A stretch of 37,058 nucleotides of DNA, taken from the NCBI GenBank assembly GCA_964434995.1, contig CAYSXO010000010.1:1-37058 (forward strand). The letters run 5' to 3'. Below, piece by piece: positions 28,671 through 36,294 of this stretch (positions are counted from its first letter, which is position 1; each line of letters opens with the position of its first letter). Below the pieces are notes generated by a model. That model saw only the letters and a list, made by a program, of their open reading frames with translations. It did not search any database and had not been told where the DNA came from. Source of the DNA: an uncultured Sphaerobacteraceae bacterium (GTDB lineage: Bacteria > Chloroflexota > Chloroflexia > Thermomicrobiales > UBA6265). A program made the position numbers and the translations under genes.

Positions 28671-29681
28671 TTACCGCTTCCGCTTCTTCGACTTCTGGCT
28701 CTGTCCATTTGCCTTGTTGCGCTGGCGCGCGCGCTGCTTTCGCTTGCGCTTCCTTCGGTTGCCGATCGTATCTGGGACTTCTCGTTCCGGCGCCGGCGTA
28801 AAGAGTGTATCGCAAAAGAACTTGTACTCGCGGTTGGGCGCATTCACCGAAAATGAGACGTTGACAAGAAACCCGGCACCTGTTCCTGGCAAACCGCCAC
28901 AAACAGGCTGATTCCTCCAGATGAGTCTTTCTGAACCGGGCTCGTAATCGACGGGTGGCGCACCGGATTCGAATAGGAAGGACTCACCAACCGCCAATTG
29001 TGGCTGGGAAGAATCGGGAAACTTGTGGACATCGTTCGGGAAGAGAATCGGTTCGACGCTATTGACAATGATGGTCCCGATATCGCGATTGGTTATTTTC
29101 AGCGCCTCAATCCCAGACGACTCGCCTGCCTTCTGTCCTGGGTTGAAAATTTCGCCCTCGATCAACGGCCCAGCGGCGATCCGGTCTGCTTCCTCTTGTT
29201 GGTCTTGCTCATTTCTTCGTGTGGTGCGCCGGCTGTCGATGTTGCTGCGGCGAGTTGAGCGCCGCGACGACCGCCGGGACTGGCGGGCATCTCGTCTCGC
29301 CTGGATCTCGGCCTTCTTCTGCTCTGGCGTCAATGCCGTCGACGTCGCGGTCAGTGCCGGGTCCGCCTGCAGCATGGCGATCTCCTGATCGAGATCTTCG
29401 CTGAAGGGCGAGATCAGGCCGGTTCCGGTTGATACGGTGCCGCCGCTGCCTCCTGAAACGCAGATACCGTAGTTCACGTTGATGGCCGAGGTGACGCAGG
29501 TGAATCCGCTGCAACAACCAATGAGCCTCGTGCAGACATCGCCTGACTGGCCGCAGGTCGCCGGCCCCGGTTGCGAGGCGTTCGCGCCGCGCGCGACGAA
29601 GGCAGCGATCCCACCGGCAGCGGCGAAGAAACCGCGCCGGGTAATCAGTCTCGTGAGATTGTCGAACCTGCGACCGTCCAT
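28671..29681 (-). CDS. hypothetical Tat-signal protein with a 6-Cys knottin-like module, an Arg/Ser-rich segment and a polybasic C-terminal tail
   Basis: ATG 29681 follows GTGAGGA (the track's GTG at 29693 is possible). Features in order: MDGRRFDNLTRLITRRGFFAAAGGIAAFVARGANA signal; C-x6-C-x5-CC-x4-C-x11-C module; RRDARQSRRSSRRSTRRS... segment; tail RRKRKRKQRARQRNK...KSKKRKR. The ORF ends 18 nt before the permease start. Confidence 0.7.
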   Translation of the reverse strand: MDGRRFDNLTRLITRRGFFAAAGGIAAFVARGANASQPGPATCGQSGDVCTRLIGCCSGFTCVTSAINVNYGICVSGGSGGTVSTGTGLISPFSEDLDQEIAMLQADPALTATSTALTPEQKKAEIQARRDARQSRRSSRRSTRRSNIDSRRTTRRNEQDQQEEADRIAAGPLIEGEIFNPGQKAGESSGIEALKITNRDIGTIIVNSVEPILFPNDVHKFPDSSQPQLAVGESFLFESGAPPVDYEPGSERLIWRNQPVCGGLPGTGAGFLVNVSFSVNAPNREYKFFCDTLFTPAPEREVPDTIGNRRKRKRKQRARQRNKANGQSQKSKKRKR

Positions 29682-30178
29682 TTGCGTCCTCACCGCGTTG
29701 TGATTGCCATGTTCGTTCGCTCGGCGGGTTCTTCACATTTTACGCGAGGTTGCCGGAATTGAGAACTCCTCTCGGCAGGTCCGTCAAAGACTTTACACCC
29801 GTCCGGAAGAGTCAGATCCATGCGTCACGTATTTCCGCTAGACATTCCCCCAATTCATCGCCAGATCTTGGGACGTTCGGGCGTCGCCGAGGAGGTGTCC
29901 TGACCAGTGATCGCTTTGGCCTTGCGGTGAGTCACACGTTTCGAGTGCTGGGCAATGGCGTGAGGGATAAGGAACTCAGCTCGGGTGGGCTCCAATTCGG
30001 TTCAATTTCGGCTCCAACTGGTCGAGGGTGAATCTGGAGCTGCCGCGTTTGGAGGTCTCCGACCGCGCTAATTACGGACGCCGCGAGCGAGACCCGGCAT
30101 GGCGTCGTCGCCACATCAGGTCTCGTCGCTCCTCTACCCTCTCGTCAAGTCGTCATGGCGAAGCCGCCGCGATTCCTC

Positions 30179-31249
30179 TCAGGAGGATGGCTCAAAGTTG
30201 AAAACCGTGGTTGCAGAGTCGTTCGTGGACTTGACTGTCACGGCATCGACATTGGCATTCACGGCGCCTTCGCCGCTTCCGACCTTCATGCCGATGATGC
30301 CCCAGCCAGCGCCATCATTATCGGGAGACGGTCCGGTTGGGTTGATGCGGAGGCCAGGGAAGATTCCGAGGATTTCCTCGAGGCTGCACCATTCGGTTCC
30401 GAGCCGGCACCGGTCATCATCCACATTGTTAAAGTCTTTCGTCAGGCCCCAGGCCTGACCATGAGCAGGGTCGAGAAGGTTCCAATTCTGCCACTCATCG
30501 ACATCGATGGGCTGAGTGGAACTCTGGCCTGGGACAAAAACGAGTCTGCCCTGATATTCAGGCGGAAACGGGTCTGTTCCGGTTCGGTCAACACCGATCT
30601 GGAAGGATGGCGCTGTGTTCGCGCCGGCGCTCGTTACGAACGTGCTGTACGCCAGCGTCTGCAGATCACCGATCGGGGTCCCTTTGAACGCGCGCGTGGA
30701 GAGGAGTTTCCCTTCGGAACTGCCTCCGATCTGCAGCAATGCGCTTCCGTTGCCATAGGGCGGCGTACCAGGCCCGGTTGAAAACTCCGGCCCAATTGGC
30801 TCATCGTCCTGATCGTTATAGAACTGCCAACCAGACATGTCATCTGGCGTTACTCTTTGCACACAAACGCCATTCGGGCAAACACAGGCGCCCGCGTTGC
30901 ACACCAGTCCATCACCGCAGGAATCGCCATCAGCCAGGACCTCGGTCACGCACTTGTGCTTCTGGCAGACCGCCCTCTCGCAGGGGTTCAGCGGCGCCTC
31001 GCAGACTTTGCCCTTGTCGTTGCACTCTTCGTTTCGCTTCTTCTTTTTCTCCTGTCGCTCCTTTCTTCGATCCCTTCTCTTATTACGGCGGCTCTTGGCA
31101 TCGGCCTCGTCCAGCCCACCCTGGCCGGCAAGGCCGATCAGACCCAGGATGCCGCCAACCGCGCCCGCCGTGGCGCCTCGCACTACCGTGCGCCGTGACG
31201 TCATGTCGGAGACGCTTTTGACAAATCGGTCGAATCGTTCGCTATCCAC
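30179..31249 (-). CDS. hypothetical Tat-signal protein with a polybasic segment, a 10-Cys module and a C-terminal beta-rich domain of about 225 aa
   Basis: GTG start with an AGAGGTGA RBS. Features in order: MDSERFDRFVKSVSDMTSRRTVVRGATAGAVGG signal; KSRRNKRRDRRKERQEKKKKR segment; Cys module CNDKGKVCEAPLNPCERAVCQKHKC...CGDGLVCNAGACVCPNGVC. No family recognised. Confidence 0.7.
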   Translation of the reverse strand: MDSERFDRFVKSVSDMTSRRTVVRGATAGAVGGILGLIGLAGQGGLDEADAKSRRNKRRDRRKERQEKKKKRNEECNDKGKVCEAPLNPCERAVCQKHKCVTEVLADGDSCGDGLVCNAGACVCPNGVCVQRVTPDDMSGWQFYNDQDDEPIGPEFSTGPGTPPYGNGSALLQIGGSSEGKLLSTRAFKGTPIGDLQTLAYSTFVTSAGANTAPSFQIGVDRTGTDPFPPEYQGRLVFVPGQSSTQPIDVDEWQNWNLLDPAHGQAWGLTKDFNNVDDDRCRLGTEWCSLEEILGIFPGLRINPTGPSPDNDGAGWGIIGMKVGSGEGAVNANVDAVTVKSTNDSATTVFNFEPSS

Positions 31250-31421
31250 TTGCAGTCACCTCTTCTTCGAGACACGATTTAGCGAGTTCGGATCAGCGTT
31301 CTGGCGTTAGGCCTCCCTTCGGCATTGCGCAGCCCCCTGGCAAACGCGCCAATTCCGCGGAAGAACACGTTCTTCTGCTCTTTATTCCGAACTCGAACCG
31401 CAAGTGCGACAGACATGAAGA

Positions 31422-31449
31422 GAGGAGGCGGCCAACCGGCCGCCTCCTC
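31422..31449. terminator. strong stem-loop downstream of the ABC substrate-binding gene
   Basis: Perfect 12-bp stem gaggaggcggcc / ggccgcctcctc with loop aacc, about 65 nt after the SBP stop on the minus strand. No clear U-tract. Confidence 0.5.
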
Positions 31450-31512
31450 CAGATTGCGAGATGATGTTGTCGAGTCTACCTCGACATGTCAGGTTCTTGA
31501 TTCGTCAATCAC

Positions 31513-33189
31513 TTATCCCTGGTCAACCCAGACGTCGTTGTAATGCGGATAGATGTCGTACTGATGCGGCAGCCACCCGTGAACGTTCGGACGCTGCACC
31601 CAGACGCTATTGCGGACCACCAGCGGAATGGTGGGCAAATTTTCGGCGATTGCGAGCTGGAACTGATTCCCGGCAGCCTTCAGCTCTTCCTCGTTCGCCG
31701 CGTTCTTCCACGCTGTAACCGCCTCGTCGACAGCAGGGACACTGGCGCGGCTCCAGTTCGACCCACCGATCGTGTCGGTGCTCACGAACAGAATCACGAC
31801 GTCGATCGGCACAGGCCAGAGGTAGTAGAAGATCGAGCTATCGGCCCCTTCTCCGAGCTTCGCGAAGTAGGAGCCTCGATCCAGGGCCTCGAGGGTGACT
31901 TCCATCCCAAGCTCGGCGAGCGACCCCTGAATCACCGAACCGAGATCACGGTTGAAGGACTCCGCCTGCACGACCAGGTTGAATGCGTGGCGAACGCCAT
32001 TCTTGGTCAGAATCCCGTCGTCACCCGGCGTCCAACCGAGTTCAGCCACCATCGACTTCGCCAGGTCGAGGTCGAACTGATTGAATGCATCCACTTCGGG
32101 GGTGAAGAAGATATCGGCCGGCGTGATTGGCCCATACAGCGGGCTGCCCAGATTCGAAAGTAACGCGGTCACAATCGCCTGACGGTCGATCGCGTGCGAG
32201 ATCGCCTGTCGCATCGCCAACTCATGGAAGTCGAGATCGGTGCGCTCGAAGTTGGTGTTGAAGATGTAGCCAGAAGGCTCGCTGAACGACGAAACGGCAA
32301 GATTGGCATTCTGCTCCAGCCGCGCCACATCCTGCAGAAGCGGATTCCGCAGTGTGTCAATCTCGCCATTCTCGATCTTGATTGCGCGCTGGGCGCCTTC
32401 CAGAATCGGCTCCCAACGGATGCCGTCCAGATATGCCTTGCCCTTGTTGGTGAAGTACGGCACGATCGAGCCGGGATAGTCTTCCCAGCGGGTAACCGTG
32501 GCGTAACTGCCGGGCACCCACTCGTCAAGAAGAAACGGACCAGTGCCGTCGACAACGCTCTTGCCATACGCTTCGGCTTCGGCGACGCGCGTAGCATTGT
32601 TCGCAATCGCCCAGTACCCCGTCTTGACCACGTTCAGCACCTCGTAGTACGGGTGCGCCATGTTCAGCACGAGCGTCCGCTCGTCGAGTGCCTCAATCGA
32701 CTCTACGGGCGTAAAGAGCGTCGACAGGGGCGATCCGCTCGCCGGATCCTGAATCGTCTCGTACAGCTCCTTGACCGCCTCGGCCGTTAACGGAGCACCA
32801 GAGTGGAATAGGCCACCCTCCTTCAACACGAAGGTAACCGACGTTCCGTCTTCAGAAACCTCCCATGACTCGGCCAGGTTTGGTTGGAGCGTCCCGTCTG
32901 GCGCATCGATGAGCAGCGAATCGTATAGCGCGTGAAACACGGGGTCATACCAGTTTGTCGCTACGGGATCGAGCAGTGAAAAGTCGAGGTCATAGCCTTC
33001 GCGCAATGTGCCGCCGGAGACCGGCTCCTCCTGAAGCGAGGGCATGGCCGCGGCTTCGCGTACCAGCGCCTGATTCAACGCGGAAGCGCTGAGTCCCAGT
33101 GCGGCCGCTCCAGCCAGCAAGCCACGCCGCGACAGTTTTCGCGCTCGATAGTCCTCCAGAAGCGGCTTCAGCCCCGATTCCTCGTTCAT
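31513..33189 (-). CDS. ABC transporter substrate-binding protein, family 5 (peptide/nickel type), Tat-type signal
   Basis: 558 aa. SRRGLLAGAAALGLSASAL signal. Length and sequence are typical of DppA/OppA-like SBPs. GGAGGAG RBS. Confidence 0.85.
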   Translation of the reverse strand: MNEESGLKPLLEDYRARKLSRRGLLAGAAALGLSASALNQALVREAAAMPSLQEEPVSGGTLREGYDLDFSLLDPVATNWYDPVFHALYDSLLIDAPDGTLQPNLAESWEVSEDGTSVTFVLKEGGLFHSGAPLTAEAVKELYETIQDPASGSPLSTLFTPVESIEALDERTLVLNMAHPYYEVLNVVKTGYWAIANNATRVAEAEAYGKSVVDGTGPFLLDEWVPGSYATVTRWEDYPGSIVPYFTNKGKAYLDGIRWEPILEGAQRAIKIENGEIDTLRNPLLQDVARLEQNANLAVSSFSEPSGYIFNTNFERTDLDFHELAMRQAISHAIDRQAIVTALLSNLGSPLYGPITPADIFFTPEVDAFNQFDLDLAKSMVAELGWTPGDDGILTKNGVRHAFNLVVQAESFNRDLGSVIQGSLAELGMEVTLEALDRGSYFAKLGEGADSSIFYYLWPVPIDVVILFVSTDTIGGSNWSRASVPAVDEAVTAWKNAANEEELKAAGNQFQLAIAENLPTIPLVVRNSVWVQRPNVHGWLPHQYDIYPHYNDVWVDQG

Positions 33190-33378
33190 GGGATCTCCTC
33201 CTGACGGCTCACCACACGCCGAGCCTGTTTCACAGACGACCGCACAATCACATGCAACCCAAGGATCATATCAGCGAACGACAGCCCGCGACACGGGGCG
33301 AACCAGCCAGTTCGGCCCAGGTTCCAGTCCGTCTGGCCATCCAGGTTCGCGAGGCCCTATGGACTTCCAGGATTTTCT

Positions 33379-34674
33379 CTACATCATAGAGCGGACCGCT
33401 CCTGCCAGGTCATCGAATAGCCTGCGCTTAGGCAAGCTCATGATCATTTTCGTCATCTTCTGTTGCTTCACGTTTTTCGCGGCGCCATCAACGCGCAGAT
33501 ATTCTTCGGCCACCGATTCAAGAACCCTGGGATAGTCACGAAGCAGGTGCGGCCGATCGTGCGCGAAATCTGTCACGTTGCGGATCTTGTACAGATCCTT
33601 CATAACGATGCTCTCGTCCAGCAGCTCACGGTACCGGGAAAGGCTCATCGCGGAAAAATCGTCTCTTGCCTTTGCTTCGATGATTGCCCGCGCCGCCAGC
33701 TTGCCCGAGAGCATCGCCAGGTTCCCACCCTCTCGGTTCAGGGGATTGACCAATTGCGCCGCATCGCCCACAACCACCGCGCCGTCCGTGAAGAGCCTGG
33801 GCAAGCGGTTGTATCCCCCTTCCGGGATGAGATGTCCCGAATACTCGATCGTCTCACCGCCCGCGATGAGCGGTGCAATGGCCGGGTGCGCCTTGAACCG
33901 ATCGAGAATGTCATTGACGTTGAGACCAGACTGAATCAGATCCTCCAGAAGTGCGCCGGTGCCAATTGAAAGGCTCTCTTTGTTCGTATAGATGAAGCCA
34001 TATCCCAGGAGACCCGATGTCGACTCACCAAAGATCTCCAGTGCGGTCCCCAGACCCTCCGGCAGCGCGAACCGCGCCTCGATCGTTTCCGGTGGCAGCG
34101 CAATCAGCTCCTTCGCGACGAGAGCTTGCTCGATCGGCTCCCATTCGCGGTGCAGGCCAATTCGCTGGGCCAGGAGCGAATTCGCGCCATCCGCGATCAC
34201 CACGCAGCGGGCCAGAAGCTCGCCGTCGGCGTCGCCCGTGGTAATTCCAGCCACTGCCCCGTCTTCCCACAAGAGGTCGACGACCGTGAATTCGGAATAG
34301 ACCTCCGCGCCAGCTTCCTCTGCTTTGCCCGCAAACCACTGGTCGAAAGGCGCGCGAAGCACGGAGTAGGCATTGAATGGCGGCGTCGCGAGACGCTCCG
34401 AGCGAAATGTCGCGCCCATCATGGCGCTTTCGGTCAGCAGGAGATAGCGCTGTTCGACGATTGGCCGCTCGAGCGGCGCATCCTCCTCGAATCCCGGCGC
34501 CATCGCCTCTGTTGGCTCACGATAGAGGATGCCGCCCCAAACGTTCTTGGCGCCCGGGTATTGCCCTCGCTCGAGCACAACAACCGAAAGCCCAGCCTCC
34601 GCCATGGCCTTCGCCGCGGCTATGCCAGCCGGTCCAGCCCCAACCACGATCGCGTCAAATCGTTCGTCGTCCAT
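33379..34674 (-). CDS. fixC: FixC-like FAD-dependent electron-transfer-flavoprotein:quinone oxidoreductase
   Basis: FDAIVVGAGPAGIAAA...VVVLERGQYPGAKNVWGGILY N-terminus and VVGDAAQLVNPLNREG motif. 431 aa, the typical FixC size. Confidence 0.8.
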   Translation of the reverse strand: MDDERFDAIVVGAGPAGIAAAKAMAEAGLSVVVLERGQYPGAKNVWGGILYREPTEAMAPGFEEDAPLERPIVEQRYLLLTESAMMGATFRSERLATPPFNAYSVLRAPFDQWFAGKAEEAGAEVYSEFTVVDLLWEDGAVAGITTGDADGELLARCVVIADGANSLLAQRIGLHREWEPIEQALVAKELIALPPETIEARFALPEGLGTALEIFGESTSGLLGYGFIYTNKESLSIGTGALLEDLIQSGLNVNDILDRFKAHPAIAPLIAGGETIEYSGHLIPEGGYNRLPRLFTDGAVVVGDAAQLVNPLNREGGNLAMLSGKLAARAIIEAKARDDFSAMSLSRYRELLDESIVMKDLYKIRNVTDFAHDRPHLLRDYPRVLESVAEEYLRVDGAAKNVKQQKMTKMIMSLPKRRLFDDLAGAVRSMM

Positions 34675-34902
34675 CGCATGTTCCCTTTACCATCAGGATG
34701 GCACGACGGGCTCGGGCCTGTCGCCTCGCTCCGTCCGAGAATTGCCAGTGTCGCGCTCCAGATAACCAGCGCTCGTAGAGACGCCCTTACTTCGGTCTGT
34801 GAACTCGTTATACTTGGCGCCGCATTTTGTGAGCATACGGCAGCTTGCCGCATGCGCGTCGCCCCGCTCGCGCGGTCATGATTGAAGAGAGCTGCACACG
34901 CC

Positions 34903-36129
34903 ATGGACTTCTCGCTCACTCCCGAACAAATCCAGATCCGCGATACCGTCCGCGAATTCGCGGCGCGCGAGGTCGCGCCATATATTCAGGAGTGGGATGC
35001 CAAAGGCGAGTTTCATCCGGAAGTCCTTTACCAGATGGGAGAGCTGGGCCTACTTGGCCTGCCGATCCCTGAAGAGTATGGCGGCTCCGGCTTCGACTAC
35101 GTTGCGTTGGCGCTCGCCTGCGAAGAACTGGAATACGTCGACACCTTCCTCCGCGTGGCCATGAGCGTCCACGTCGGCCTGAACAGCCTTGCGCTCCTGC
35201 AATGGGCGAACGAGGAGCAGAAGCAGCGATTCCTCGTTCCGCAGGCCCAGGGTGAAAAGCTCGGCACGTTCGGCCTGACCGAGCCGAATGCCGGGACCGA
35301 CGCGGGTTCCATCGAATCGTCCTACGTTCGCGATGGCGATGCTTATGTCCTCAACGGCTCGAAGATGTGGATCTCCCTTGCCGACGTCGCCGATCACTTC
35401 CTCGTCTTCGCCTCGTTCGACCGATCGCTGAAGCACAATGGGCTGACCGCGTTCATGCTCGAGCGTGGCATGCCTGGCCTCACGACTGGCACGATCAAGG
35501 GGAAGCTCGGCGTTCGCGCCGGGAACACTGGCGAGCTTGCCTTCAACAATGTCCGCATCCCCATCGAGAATCGCATCGGCGAGGAAGGCGAAGGCTTCAA
35601 GATCGCCATGAGCTGCATCGACCAGGGCCGGTTCACGGTCGGCGCGGGCGCTGTTGGTCTCATTCGCGCTTGCCTGGATGCCAGCGTCAAGTATGCCAAT
35701 GAGCGCTACGCGTTCGGCCAGGAGATCGGCCGCTTCGAACTCGTCAAGCAGATGATCGCGAAGATGGTCGCGAGCTCGGAGGCCTCTCGGCTCCTGACCA
35801 TGCAGGCAGCCGAGCTGAAGAATCGTGGCATCCGCAACACGCGCGAAACGTCGCTGATGAAGTGGTTTGCCTGCGACGCCGCGCTCGAAGCCGCGAACGA
35901 TGCCATTCAGGTCCATGGCTCGTACGGCTACTCGAACGAGTACCCCGTCGAGCGATTCTGGCGAAACGCCCGGGGCGCGGTCATCTACGAGGGTACGCGC
36001 GAGATTCATACGATCGTCCAGGCCGACTACGCGCTTGGTTATCGACAGGACAAACCGCTCCGCTGCCCGCAGCCGCCGGCACAAGGCTTCGAGCGCGAGG
36101 ACGACAAGATACCGGCACTCGCGCTGTAG
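34903..36129 (+). CDS. acyl-CoA dehydrogenase
   Basis: MDFSLTPEQ...EWD N-terminus, GLTEPNAGTDAGS, and C-terminal IYEGTREIH motif. An alternative TTG start lies at 34882. Confidence 0.9.
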   Translation: MDFSLTPEQIQIRDTVREFAAREVAPYIQEWDAKGEFHPEVLYQMGELGLLGLPIPEEYGGSGFDYVALALACEELEYVDTFLRVAMSVHVGLNSLALLQWANEEQKQRFLVPQAQGEKLGTFGLTEPNAGTDAGSIESSYVRDGDAYVLNGSKMWISLADVADHFLVFASFDRSLKHNGLTAFMLERGMPGLTTGTIKGKLGVRAGNTGELAFNNVRIPIENRIGEEGEGFKIAMSCIDQGRFTVGAGAVGLIRACLDASVKYANERYAFGQEIGRFELVKQMIAKMVASSEASRLLTMQAAELKNRGIRNTRETSLMKWFACDAALEAANDAIQVHGSYGYSNEYPVERFWRNARGAVIYEGTREIHTIVQADYALGYRQDKPLRCPQPPAQGFEREDDKIPALAL

Positions 36130-36294
36130 CTCGCGTCCAACCTGAGAGTTCCCGACGCGGGAGCATCCGCTCCAGATCCTGAGGATCGCCTCGGTTCGGG
36201 CGCAACCTCGGGGACGCGCCGCGCCGCGCGATTCGTCGGTGGCTGTATTCACCTCGCGGTGATCGCATCTGGAGGTGGGAACTTGCGCGGCAGA

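Noticed and set aside
33190-33378. Looked for a fixX gene or a remnant downstream of fixC.
   Set aside because: Translation of the minus strand gives only short ORFs (for example a 24-aa MARRTGTW…), no Cys-cluster ferredoxin-like sequence and no ORF of 60 aa or more. I treat the region as the leader and RBS region of the SBP gene.
34636-34674. The FixC N-terminus (MDDERFDAIV…) resembles the MDxxRFD start of the two Tat-signal proteins.
   Set aside because: In FixC the motif runs straight into the GxGxxG FAD fold, with no twin-arginine or hydrophobic signal segment, so this is coincidental similarity.
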